From NCBI GenBank assembly GCA_034722055.1, contig JAYENL010000111.1:1-39236 (forward strand): a stretch of 39,236 nt of DNA, read 5' to 3'. The stretch comes from Armatimonadota bacterium. GTDB taxonomy: Bacteria; Armatimonadota; Zipacnadia; Zipacnadales; UBA5352. Both the position numbers and the translations under genes were made by a program. The notes under the pieces were generated by a model. It worked only from the letters and a program-made list of their open reading frames with translations, had not been told where the DNA came from and ran no database searches. Shown here in pieces: positions 7,449 through 17,027 of the stretch; position 1 is the stretch's first letter; each line of letters starts with the position of its first letter.

Positions 7449-10259
7449 CTACCGGGCAATCGTCGCCGTCCTGATCACGCTCATCTCTTCGCCCGTCTCG
7501 GGCGAGCGCGCCGTCACTTGCACCAGATACCTTCCCGCCGGAACCACAGTCCCGGAGTCGCTCACACCATTCCACACCAGGCTGTTCTGTCCCTCCATGG
7601 CCTGGCGGTTCTGCGCCACCCGGCGCACCACCCGACCCGCGATGTTCCTCACCTGCACGTCCACCGCCGCCGCGCTATTGAGGGTGTAGACGATCTCCAG
7701 CCCCTGGCCGCCCGCCGGCCGTGCTGCAGCGGTCAGGCCCAGCGTCGCCTCCGCCCGCGGCCGGACCGTGATGCGGAAGTGCCTCTCCCCACCGGTGTGC
7801 GAGTTGTATGTGTACGAGCTGCTCGTTCGCATGTATGTCCGCCGGCCGCCGTCAAGGTCCTCCAGCGTCGCCACCAGGTCCTCCGGCAGCTCGGACGAGA
7901 GGTTCGGCCACCGCAGCGTGACCGGCGCACCCGGCGTCTCAGCGACCACTGTCAGGTCCCACGCCCCGGCGCCAGCCGCCTCCGACCTGGTGTCCATCAC
8001 GTAGCGCAGGCCGCCGTCACCGATGCTGAAGTAGGCGTCCAGCCCCGGCTCCGCCGAGAGTACCTCCGGCGGCGATGGTACGTCGCGCGGATCCACCCCA
8101 TCCTCGGCGCTGGGCGAGACCGCCAGGTAGCGCGGCGCCCGAGTCCGGCCTGCACACGACACCTCTACGCCGACCCGCCAGCCGTCTGACACGGGAGGAC
8201 TCGCCGCCGCAGTAACCTCCGCCGGCGCAAAGAGGCTCGGGGGCGGGAACACCAGAGAGACGTCCCGATACGCCAGCAGCCAGTAGCCCTCGAACGGCAC
8301 CAACGTTGCCCGCTGCAGTGAGCTCTCCCAGGTGTACTCGTTGATCTCCGGATCATACGCGTAGAGCACCGGCAGGATCAGCCCTCGCTGCGTCGCCTCC
8401 TGGATCGTCCACTCCGTGCCCTGAGGCCCCACCACGCCTACCTGATCGAAGCGCATCGGAACCACGTAGGGGTTCCCGATCTGGTTCCAGCCCTGCATGA
8501 GGGGATGTGTGAAGCTCTGCGTGGACGGTGCCTGTGTGGCGGTGCTCGGCAGTATCACCGTCTCTCGGTTCTGGTTCAGCAGCCAGAAGCCCTCGCCCAG
8601 CTCGATGTTTGCCACGAAGGGGTCGGGATAGGTGAAGTACTCACCTCGATCCGGATGCCAGCGCCAGATCCCCACCGGCCCGCCGGGGAAGACCGAGTCG
8701 CTGAGCGACCCCAGCACATTCGAGGCATCCGAGTTGGTGAACTCGTAGGGCACGGACAGCATCTCCAGCCCCGTCGCCGAAACTCGCGCCGGAATGACGG
8801 GAATTGCCGGAATGTTGATCTGCCGCCGCACCACCTTCCCCAACGGCCCCGTGATGCTGATCTCAGCCGTGCCCGGACGCGTCGCCGTGGCCCGCACCGT
8901 CCACTGTGCCATCGGCAGAGGCGACTGGTTCCGCCTCACCATGCCCAGCGCCACCGTCCGCGGCTGCGTCTCCGGATACAGCTCCAGGCCCTCTGGAAGG
9001 CTGATGCGCACGCTCGCATTCGTCAGCGGTGAGGATCCGAAGTTGTCGAGCATCGCCACCACGTCGAAGACCGAGCTGCCGTCCGGGGCGGTCAGGTAGT
9101 ACTCCTCCGTCTCCGGCGTGGCCGGGTCATCGCCCTCTTGCACCTGAAGCTGCGAGGGAGCGTAGGCCGCCAGCGCGTAAGGGGGGTCGTAGTCCACCGC
9201 CGCAGCGCCCAGCCCGTAGTAGGTCACGTACCGCCGGCTCTGCCCTGGCTGCAGCGTCCGCTCCTCCCACTTCACAGCGTAGGCCCAGTCCTCGTCGATC
9301 AGCGCTGCCCGCGGGTTGGGCTGGAAGTCGAATGGCCTCGCGTCGACATTGCGGAACTGCCCGAAGGCGATCTCATCCGGCTCCCCCCCGCTCTCCGAGG
9401 CGATTCCGGCATCCGTGACCTCCGCCCCCACCAGCGTCCCCCTCACGCTCACCAGTGGATTGCTGGGATCGTCGTGCGCCACCCACGTGTCCGGCATGGC
9501 GATCGTCGGATTGTCGGGGTCCGGAATCCGGACCTCGTTGCTGATCACCGTCCCGTCGTCGAGTATGATCGGGCTGCCGTCCCTCGCTGTCGCCCCAAAG
9601 AGCGCGTCGATCATCAGCCGCAGGCCGATGTTGTGCGCCACGCTGTCATCATTGTACACGATGTGATCCAGCATGATCCCGTCGTGCACCAGCATGTAGT
9701 TCACACGCACACGCACGTTGGGGTTGTCTTCCTCGGGCACCTCGGTGAGCAGAGGCACCAGCACCTCACCCACAACATCCCGTGCACCCGCCACCAGGTC
9801 CTGCACCCAGAAGATCGGCACATCCGCCGGGTCCGCCTCCTCTGTCTGGTTGAACATGAGGCTATAGGGGTCGAAGCGCACGCCGTCCACCGAGACTGTG
9901 AGCTTGGAGGTGAACTGCGTCAGGTTCCAGTCCGGCGCCGCGGTCTCCAGGCTCGCGATCGGCCGGTCCTCATCCCCCGCCACCAGCGGGCTGCCGCCCA
10001 CCGCCACATTCGCTCCGGTCCTCAACTGGAACCGGCCGGCGGGTTGGTAGATATACTCCGGATCGTCCGCGTCCCCGACGTTGATGAGTGCCGGTGTGTC
10101 AACCAGCATCCGTGTTAGCCCCGCGGGATGGTTCACGGTGGCCCGCACGTTCTGTGCCGCGCTCTGGCTCCATGCCGTCAGCAGGATACACACCGCGGCC
10201 ATCCACGGCCCGTACCGCCGCAGCCCTGTCAGCATTCGTAGACCACTATGCCGCTGCAC
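7449..10259 (-). CDS. Large secreted protein of unknown function carrying the shared C-terminal tail (FlgD-Ig-like end)
   Basis: AGAGGAG precedes GTG 10259 (ORF track start 10301); signal peptide ending SAA|Q; beta-rich body; tail from GLEMLSVPY (~8772) with GWNQIGNPY, YMRT, NIAGR; ends TIAR. Confidence 0.8.
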   Translation of the reverse strand: MQRHSGLRMLTGLRRYGPWMAAVCILLTAWSQSAAQNVRATVNHPAGLTRMLVDTPALINVGDADDPEYIYQPAGRFQLRTGANVAVGGSPLVAGDEDRPIASLETAAPDWNLTQFTSKLTVSVDGVRFDPYSLMFNQTEEADPADVPIFWVQDLVAGARDVVGEVLVPLLTEVPEEDNPNVRVRVNYMLVHDGIMLDHIVYNDDSVAHNIGLRLMIDALFGATARDGSPIILDDGTVISNEVRIPDPDNPTIAMPDTWVAHDDPSNPLVSVRGTLVGAEVTDAGIASESGGEPDEIAFGQFRNVDARPFDFQPNPRAALIDEDWAYAVKWEERTLQPGQSRRYVTYYGLGAAAVDYDPPYALAAYAPSQLQVQEGDDPATPETEEYYLTAPDGSSVFDVVAMLDNFGSSPLTNASVRISLPEGLELYPETQPRTVALGMVRRNQSPLPMAQWTVRATATRPGTAEISITGPLGKVVRRQINIPAIPVIPARVSATGLEMLSVPYEFTNSDASNVLGSLSDSVFPGGPVGIWRWHPDRGEYFTYPDPFVANIELGEGFWLLNQNRETVILPSTATQAPSTQSFTHPLMQGWNQIGNPYVVPMRFDQVGVVGPQGTEWTIQEATQRGLILPVLYAYDPEINEYTWESSLQRATLVPFEGYWLLAYRDVSLVFPPPSLFAPAEVTAAASPPVSDGWRVGVEVSCAGRTRAPRYLAVSPSAEDGVDPRDVPSPPEVLSAEPGLDAYFSIGDGGLRYVMDTRSEAAGAGAWDLTVVAETPGAPVTLRWPNLSSELPEDLVATLEDLDGGRRTYMRTSSSYTYNSHTGGERHFRITVRPRAEATLGLTAAARPAGGQGLEIVYTLNSAAAVDVQVRNIAGRVVRRVAQNRQAMEGQNSLVWNGVSDSGTVVPAGRYLVQVTARSPETGEEMSVIRTATIAR

Positions 10260-10290
10260 CGAAGGGTCAGCTCCTCTCACCATGAGCCCG

Positions 10291-13200
10291 TCACCGTGCA
10301 ATGCTGAACGGTCGTATTGCCTGCACCGTCTGGCCGTCTGCTGCGAGAGCCGTCAGCCGAACGATATAGCGGCCCGAGGGCACTGCGCTGCCCCGGTCGC
10401 TGATGCCGTTCCAGACCAGCGTCTGCTGCGTCCCACTCTCCACGGCCTGCGCGGCGAACCGCTTCACCAGCCGGCCCGCGATGTTCATGACCTCCACCGT
10501 CACGTCCGCTGGCCTCGTCACCGAGTACGTGATCATCGCGCCGCCCGCGCCAGCGCCCTGCGTCGCCATGCCGTTGACTGCCAGGGCCTCCCCGCCGCCC
10601 ACTTCCGTCACCCGCAGGTGCCTCACGGTTCCGTCCGCCCCGGCCCGGAAGCGATAAGCCGAGGTGGTACGCATGTACACCCGCTCTCCCGTGTCCAGGT
10701 CCTCCAGCATGAGGCGCACACCTCCGGGGACCTCGGCATTCAGCTCAGGCCAGGTGACCTCGACCTCCGCGTCGGGCACCGCACAGCTCACTTCAATGTC
10801 CCACTGGGCCGCCTCGCCCGTCCCGCACACGTCACGCGCGTACTCTCCGCTGTGCTCGCCCCACCCCGGCCGCGACATCGACAACTGGACGCCGTCCACG
10901 ATCGGCGGCGGCTCCGGCACGTCCCACTGCGGATCATACCCCGCGCTCGCGTTGGACTTCACCCCGATGACGTTGCACGGATCCTGATACGCGCCCGCAC
11001 GAGCGCTCAGGGTCAGCAGCCAGCCGTCATCCGACTGCGCCTGCACCGTCTCTTCCTCGTCCGCCATCGATCCGATGTTGGAGCTGTAGACGACGACGCG
11101 CGTGTCCTCATTCACGTGCAGCCAGTAGCCCTTTCCCGCCTCCAGCATTGCCTGAGAGGGGTTCGGGGTGAAGTCGTAGAAGCCCGGTCGCCCGCCCCGG
11201 CCCTGCACATACCTGAACAGCACGCCCTCCGTCACGCCGGAGTTAATGGCCTCCCGCAGGTCCTGGCGCACACCGTTCGTCACGAACTGCACGCTCCCCC
11301 AGCTTACGTCCTCGTCGTAGGGATTGCCGATCAGGTTCCAACCTCGCGGCGGCTGCTGGCCCCGGTACAGGCGGATGTGCGCGCTCGGCACGTCGCGCAG
11401 CGGCTGCCCCTGGATGTCCAGCACCCCACTCCGCGGGATGCTCAGCCAGTAGCCCAGGCCGGCCGGCGGATAGGGCACCGTGCGATCATCCAGATTCGCC
11501 TGCTGCGCGTCCGGCGGGGTCAGACTCGCCCGAGCATCCGGGTAGAAGTGGTACTTGTCGTAGGTCTCGTCCAGAGGCCACCACCGTACCAGCGCCAGGT
11601 CCGACAGCGGCGTCCCCAGAATCACGCTGGGGTCGGTCACCTGCAGATCGGTGTACGGGAAGCTCACCATCGAGATTCCGCCCGGGATGGTCGGCGCCGC
11701 CACCCGGAAGTTCGTCACCGCCGGGTCGGCCTCGTTCCCGGTGTTGTCCTGCACGCCGAGCACCACGGTATGGTCCGTCCGCGCCAACACGTCCTCCACC
11801 GGCCAGGTGAACTGCCCGGTGCGGGCGTCGTAGAACTCCGTGATGTCGTCGGCGTCCGCGCCGTTGAAGACCTGTATCCCATCGAACTCGACGGTGATCG
11901 TCGTCGGGGCCACGCCGCTGCCGTCATCCTGGATGAAGGCGATGATGGTTGGGATCCGCGTCGTGATGGTGGTGCCGTTCTGCGGATAGGCGATCGTGAT
12001 TGTTGGCTTCCGGCTGTCCGCGCCCACCCGCATCCGCAGACGTCCCCACCCGAACTCGTTGTTCGGAACCGGGTCACCCAGCCGCAGCGCCTGCGAGCGC
12101 AGCACCGTCTCCAGCTCGTCGGGCGTCCGCAGCTCGTCCTCGCTCAACAGCAGCGCAGCCGCGCCCGCCACGTGCGGCGCGGCGGCTGACGTCCCCAGGA
12201 ACGGTGAGAACCCCTCCGCTGCTAGACTCGTGCTCACCCCGTCCGGCGCCACCAGATCGGGCTTGATGCGCTCCGGATGCCCCACCACCGGACCGCGGGA
12301 GCTGAACGGCTCCAGCCCATCGATCGGCACCATCGGGGCGGCCGGGTCTGAGACCGTCGCTCCCCGAGTGGCGCCAATGGTATACGCCCCTCGCGCCTCC
12401 GCCGGAATCGGCATGCTCGAGGTCGCCACCTGATGGGTTGCCTCGATGTCCACGTTCGCCGAGAAGAGCTGGAGGAAGTCATCGTGCTCCGCCGGCCCCG
12501 ACACGTACTCAACCTGCAGCGTGTAAACCGCGTCTACGCTGATATGCGCCACCAGCGTATCCGATGGTGGATCGTCGCCGTTCTGGCTGTACCCGGAGCG
12601 GGTAATCTCGTTCCCGCTGGAGTCCAGCAGCACCAGGTCGTAGTCCCTGTTGGTGATCGACCCGGCGGTCTGATACCAGCTCAGGTAGGCCTGGTAGACC
12701 CCGGCCGTCAGCGTCACGTCGATACCCTCGTCGCCGGCGGAGAACTCGTGCAACTGATCCCGATCGCGGTCGCTCCACGCCCCCTCGTAGTGCTGCTGAG
12801 CGCTGTTCCCGGCCGCATTGACCCAGAACACGCCGCGGTCACGAGCGCGGTTCACCTTCTGCGATATAGGATGCGTACCGTTGTAGGGACCGCCAAGCAG
12901 TCCCATCGCCATGCAGCAGACGTCGATCCCCCGGTTCGCGACGAACTCGATGGCGCTTTCCACGGACATCTCGGTGTCAACTGCAATCAGGATGAAATCT
13001 GCGGCAGGAGCCACGTCGGCGGCTATCTCCGCCACCGCTGTGCCGTGGTAGCTTGTGCCCATCGTGCCGTCCGCCCGGAAGGACACTACCCTGTCCGGGT
13101 CAGCGGGATCGATCGGGATCTCCGCGCTGTCGAAGCCGGCGAATCCCAGGTCGATGATCGCGATGGAGATCCCCTGCCCCAGCAGCCCGGCCGTGTGGAA

Positions 13201-13641
13201 CGGAACCGCCCCCACGAGCTGCACGCCCTCGCTTGAGGTCGCACCAAAGCCCTGCATGGGGATGGGATAGTTCGGAGGCCTGACCTGCGCCACCTCAGGG
13301 AGCTGCGCGATCTCCAGCAGCGCGTCCCCCGGCACAAACGCCTCCACTCGGCGGCCGTGCCGGAACCGCACCTGTGCACCGAAGGCCGACAGCGGCTGCG
13401 CGGCCGCCACCTCGCTGCGGAACTCCACCACCACCAGCACGCTGCCGGGAGGACCGACTGCCGATGGCCCCATCTGCGGCAGCTCTCCCCGCTCAGCGCT
13501 GATGGCCATCGCGCGAAGCGGCCCGGCGAGATCCTCCAGCCCTGCCGCGCCCCAGCACGGCACCGAGACCACGGAGGCGAGTACGATTAGCGCGATGATT
13601 GCACCGCACAGGGGGGTCTCGCGATTGCGAAGCCGACTCAC
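10291..13641 (-). CDS. Secreted subtilisin-like S8 serine peptidase with Ig-like domain and the shared C-terminal tail
   Basis: Catalytic motifs IAIIDLG (Asp), YHGTAVA (His), AAGN (oxyanion Asn), GTSAAAPHVAG (Ser); prodomain after the signal peptide; AGGAGGAGGAG RBS before GTG 13641; tail with GWNLIGNPY, YMRT, NIAGR; ends SIAR. Confidence 0.92.
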   Translation of the reverse strand: MSRLRNRETPLCGAIIALIVLASVVSVPCWGAAGLEDLAGPLRAMAISAERGELPQMGPSAVGPPGSVLVVVEFRSEVAAAQPLSAFGAQVRFRHGRRVEAFVPGDALLEIAQLPEVAQVRPPNYPIPMQGFGATSSEGVQLVGAVPFHTAGLLGQGISIAIIDLGFAGFDSAEIPIDPADPDRVVSFRADGTMGTSYHGTAVAEIAADVAPAADFILIAVDTEMSVESAIEFVANRGIDVCCMAMGLLGGPYNGTHPISQKVNRARDRGVFWVNAAGNSAQQHYEGAWSDRDRDQLHEFSAGDEGIDVTLTAGVYQAYLSWYQTAGSITNRDYDLVLLDSSGNEITRSGYSQNGDDPPSDTLVAHISVDAVYTLQVEYVSGPAEHDDFLQLFSANVDIEATHQVATSSMPIPAEARGAYTIGATRGATVSDPAAPMVPIDGLEPFSSRGPVVGHPERIKPDLVAPDGVSTSLAAEGFSPFLGTSAAAPHVAGAAALLLSEDELRTPDELETVLRSQALRLGDPVPNNEFGWGRLRMRVGADSRKPTITIAYPQNGTTITTRIPTIIAFIQDDGSGVAPTTITVEFDGIQVFNGADADDITEFYDARTGQFTWPVEDVLARTDHTVVLGVQDNTGNEADPAVTNFRVAAPTIPGGISMVSFPYTDLQVTDPSVILGTPLSDLALVRWWPLDETYDKYHFYPDARASLTPPDAQQANLDDRTVPYPPAGLGYWLSIPRSGVLDIQGQPLRDVPSAHIRLYRGQQPPRGWNLIGNPYDEDVSWGSVQFVTNGVRQDLREAINSGVTEGVLFRYVQGRGGRPGFYDFTPNPSQAMLEAGKGYWLHVNEDTRVVVYSSNIGSMADEEETVQAQSDDGWLLTLSARAGAYQDPCNVIGVKSNASAGYDPQWDVPEPPPIVDGVQLSMSRPGWGEHSGEYARDVCGTGEAAQWDIEVSCAVPDAEVEVTWPELNAEVPGGVRLMLEDLDTGERVYMRTTSAYRFRAGADGTVRHLRVTEVGGGEALAVNGMATQGAGAGGAMITYSVTRPADVTVEVMNIAGRLVKRFAAQAVESGTQQTLVWNGISDRGSAVPSGRYIVRLTALAADGQTVQAIRPFSIAR

Positions 13642-13736
13642 TTTGACTCCTCCTCCTCCTGGTCGCACCGCCGTGCGTACCAGCTCTGGAGAACGTGCTG
13701 CATCTCTCGCTGCCGTTACCCCCAGCGCAGAGGTGG

Positions 13737-14927
13737 TCAGCCCGCCCCACCCTCCTGCTCTGGGTTGTCCGTCACTCGACCTAGAAGCTGTTCAAGGCGG
13801 CCGCAGTAGCACTCGATCAGCCTGCCCCACCCGCTCGCCGCCCCGAATCCCTCAGCCTGACCCGCGTACCCCGCCGGAACGTCTTCCAGCGCCATCGGCA
13901 TGAGAACCGTCAGCCCACAGCCCAGCCCACCGACCCCCATTGCGCTTAGCCGTTCCGCAGCTCTCTCGGCCTCTTCCAGCGCCCTCCCGTCGCCGTTCGC
14001 CAGCGCCTCGCACAGCCCCTGGACCTCGCACAGCTCCCCGTTGGGGCCGAATCGCTGGGTCTGGCTGCGCGCGGCCGTCACTCCCGGGCACCAGCTCCTC
14101 ATGTCCCCGGACAACGCCGCTGACAGGTCCTTCAACGCCCCTATCGCTCCGTCAAGCGCCGCGAGCCGGACGGCCGCCGCCTTGCACTCGCCGTCCCTGG
14201 GCAACTCTACGCACTGCATGGCGAGCGTCTCTGCCTCGGACAGTCCCTCGACCGGGCGCACCTGCACCCCTGCCCACTGCACTCCCGCCACCGGCGCCCG
14301 GCCGGGCCACCCCACCATGACTTCCGCCGCGTCACGAAGTGACCAGGCCGCCTCCACGCTGGCGCCGTAGCAGCAATCGGCCACAAGTATATCAAGCGGC
14401 CGCTCGGCATCGCCGAATGCCCCAGCCACGGCACGGGCCAGCTCCTGCGGTGTCAGCACGTCGCCGCCTGCCGACGCGTCGAGTGCCAGCCCCTGCGCCT
14501 CGTAGCGGCGATCCCGCTCTGTCGTCCTGCCGCTGGCCGCCACCCCGTGGCCGAACACCACGAAGGCGAGCCGATCACCCACGGCCCGCCCCCGGACCCA
14601 GCGGAGGAAGTCCTCGACGGCCTCCCGCCGACACATGTTGATCTGCCCGCGCCGCCACCACTCAGTCTCCGAACCTTCGGATCCGACGGCCTGGCGCGTG
14701 ACGCCATCAGGGAGGTCCACCTGCGACCTCAGAGCCCATCCATTCGCCGCTGCGGCCACCCGAAGCCCCTCGGCGTACCTCTCCGCCACCCTCGCCAGAT
14801 CCCCGTCGCCGCAGATGTAGGCGGCAACCGTCCAGTTGTCAGCGATCGCGACGTCTCCGGCCAGCGCGCCGCCGAGGGCCAGCGCGGCGCACACGAGCAT
14901 CCGCAGGCGGCCGTACCGCACGCTCAT
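13737..14927 (-). CDS. Secreted clostripain-like cysteine peptidase (family C11, clan CD)
   Basis: Signal peptide; NWTVAAYICGDGDL matches the clostripain N-terminal WTxxxYxxGDNDL pattern; His-Gly motif FVVFGHG; Cys motif LVADCCYGASVE equivalent to FDACxMxxxE. Confidence 0.75.
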   Translation of the reverse strand: MSVRYGRLRMLVCAALALGGALAGDVAIADNWTVAAYICGDGDLARVAERYAEGLRVAAAANGWALRSQVDLPDGVTRQAVGSEGSETEWWRRGQINMCRREAVEDFLRWVRGRAVGDRLAFVVFGHGVAASGRTTERDRRYEAQGLALDASAGGDVLTPQELARAVAGAFGDAERPLDILVADCCYGASVEAAWSLRDAAEVMVGWPGRAPVAGVQWAGVQVRPVEGLSEAETLAMQCVELPRDGECKAAAVRLAALDGAIGALKDLSAALSGDMRSWCPGVTAARSQTQRFGPNGELCEVQGLCEALANGDGRALEEAERAAERLSAMGVGGLGCGLTVLMPMALEDVPAGYAGQAEGFGAASGWGRLIECYCGRLEQLLGRVTDNPEQEGGAG

Positions 14928-14956
14928 AGGCGCGACCTTAGGGCGCAGGCCCTCCT

Positions 14957-16906
14957 CTAGCGAAGCCCCCGGCTCCGCAGTCCGGGCGTCCTGTGTCGGT
15001 ACCGGGGCCCAAAGGTCCCTGAGAACACGCCGCCCGGCCCGAGCCGGTAACTGGCTGAGCTGGTTCCCGGCGGTGGCGGGGGAGCCGCCGCGGTCGTGAA
15101 GCTGCGGATGGCGCTGAACAGCCAGCCCTCCTGGTTCAGGCGCTCGTTCAGGGGCAGTGCCTCACCTGACCGCCGCGCACCCACCCGCCAGTAGAAGCGG
15201 CTGTTTGGTGCGAAGTCTGCATCAATCGTCTGGAACATCGTGCCCGTCTGATCCTGCCGCATCTGCACCTCGTAGTCCGGATTGCGCCGTCCGTCCGGGT
15301 CATCCTCCGGGAAGACCTGCAGCACGTATTCGTTGGCCCCCACGGTCCCGCTCCACGTGAAGGTGATGGAGTTGGTCTGCTGGTTCTGTGCCCCGTCCTC
15401 CGGGGTCTGCAGTACCGGCGGCGTGAAGTATGTCACGCCGGCCGTCGGCTTGCTGCCCTCCGCCTGCGACTCCGGCGGGTCGATCTCCAGGGTCGGCGTC
15501 TCCAGCTCATCCTGCTGCATCGTCCGGACGGAGTCTGTGGTTATCGGCGCGCCGGCGCCCGCCCGCTCTGGCGGTTCCACGACGCGCTGCACTCGGTGGT
15601 AGTAGGTGTGGCCAGCCTGCAGCGGCCAGTGATAGAACAGCAGGTCGATGCTGCCGTCCTCCTCGTCGCCAGCCGCAGTGATGTAGGTGAACTCCTCTTC
15701 GATCTCAAACGGGCCGTCAAAGGCCGAATCGTCGTCCCAGACGTTGTTTGGCAGCCGCTGCTCCAGGATGACATCCACCAGCTTGTTCGCCAGCAGGCTG
15801 AAGTTCTGCCGGCCGTCGCTGCGGTAGAACAGCCACGCGTAGATCTGATCGTCGAGCGGTATCGACTTGTGCGGCACGTGCACCCGAATGACCGCCTCGT
15901 CTCCCGGCGCCTGCTGGAACAGCCGCGACGTCACGCCCGCCGGCGCGTCCGTAGTGCTCGAGCCCGTAGCGGTCTGCATGACGCCGAACAGGGCTGCGAT
16001 GGCAGCGACCACTGTGATCGTCTGCTGGCTGGACTCCTTCCGCCGCTGGGCCTCCACACGTTCCGGGCCTTGGTAGAGCTGGTAGGCCCGGTCCCCCACC
16101 CCCGCTCGGCCCTCTCCCAGTGGCATCATCTTCGAGGTCCGAGCGCCCACCTCGCTGACCGAGTAGCGCCCCACCTTCTGCAAAATGATCTCGCCCAGGT
16201 CCCGCTGATACACGGGACGGAACAGTATCATGGCCATGCCGCTCTTCAGTCTATCGTCCTGCCCCAGGTCAACGGTGGCCACGCCGAACTGGTTGACCGA
16301 CGTCACGAAGCCTTCGGGAATGCGGCTGGTGCGGATCTCCGCCACCGCGTCCTCCGCGATCTCCCGCAGCGCGTCATTGATGACACGCGCGCTCTCGCCC
16401 GTCCAGCCCGGCAGTGCCTTCGTCACCGTGCTCACATTCGCGCCGTTGAGGAACTCACCGGTCGCCAGGTCCAGCACCGCCACGCTCAGGTTCACGCTCA
16501 CCTGCCCTGTCTTCTCGGTCACCCGCAGGTGCCTCACCTGACCGGTGATCACCTTGTCCACCTGCAGACGCTCACCAAGCCGCATCTGCTCGGCCACCGA
16601 CAGCGGTGGCTCCAGTTCAAGCTGCGCCAGCTCACGCACGAGGTCCCGTTTGGAGGTAACGATGAATTCCCTCGAATCCTCAAGCGCCAGCGCCAGCGCG
16701 TCCGTGGCCTGCTCGCTGATGACGGACTCGGTGGACCCCTCGGTGTCCTCTATCGGCAGCACGATCACGCTGGCGCTCTCCACCACCGGCTGTGCCTGCG
16801 CCTCCGCCACCACCGGGAAGCCCATCACTGCGTACGGGACCATCAGCGTTGCCGCTACATACAGCGCGACGTACTTCCAGAGGGGGCTCTCGTGTAGTCG
16901 ATGCAT
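14957..16906 (-). CDS. Exported protein: CsgG/TolB_N-like domain, FlgT_C-like beta domain, hydrophobic helix, Fn3-like domains, Pro/Arg-rich tail
   Basis: GGGAGGAG RBS; signal peptide ending AEA|Q; SVIVLPIED...RLGERLQVDKVITGQV...VLDLATGE; VDLGQDDRLKSG...VGRYSVSEV; ITVVAAIAALFGVM; FTWSGTVGANEYVLQV...FYWRVGAR. Confidence 0.65.
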   Translation of the reverse strand: MHRLHESPLWKYVALYVAATLMVPYAVMGFPVVAEAQAQPVVESASVIVLPIEDTEGSTESVISEQATDALALALEDSREFIVTSKRDLVRELAQLELEPPLSVAEQMRLGERLQVDKVITGQVRHLRVTEKTGQVSVNLSVAVLDLATGEFLNGANVSTVTKALPGWTGESARVINDALREIAEDAVAEIRTSRIPEGFVTSVNQFGVATVDLGQDDRLKSGMAMILFRPVYQRDLGEIILQKVGRYSVSEVGARTSKMMPLGEGRAGVGDRAYQLYQGPERVEAQRRKESSQQTITVVAAIAALFGVMQTATGSSTTDAPAGVTSRLFQQAPGDEAVIRVHVPHKSIPLDDQIYAWLFYRSDGRQNFSLLANKLVDVILEQRLPNNVWDDDSAFDGPFEIEEEFTYITAAGDEEDGSIDLLFYHWPLQAGHTYYHRVQRVVEPPERAGAGAPITTDSVRTMQQDELETPTLEIDPPESQAEGSKPTAGVTYFTPPVLQTPEDGAQNQQTNSITFTWSGTVGANEYVLQVFPEDDPDGRRNPDYEVQMRQDQTGTMFQTIDADFAPNSRFYWRVGARRSGEALPLNERLNQEGWLFSAIRSFTTAAAPPPPPGTSSASYRLGPGGVFSGTFGPRYRHRTPGLRSRGLR

Positions 16907-16988
16907 TATCTCGTTGCTCCTCCCGGCACGCGGCTCACGGCACGATCCGCCCGGATGTTGCGCACGGAAGTCAGTCCTTATCCTGCAA

Positions 16989-17018
16989 GCTCCGCCGTGC
17001 CACGATGCGCGGCGGAGC
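16989..17018. other. Strong intergenic stem-loop just downstream of the largest cluster gene
   Basis: GCTCCGCCGTGC / GCGCGGCGGAGC, 11 of 12 Watson-Crick pairs, 6-nt loop; only TT follows on the coding strand. Confidence 0.7.
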
Positions 17019-17027
17019 GCGCTGCCC

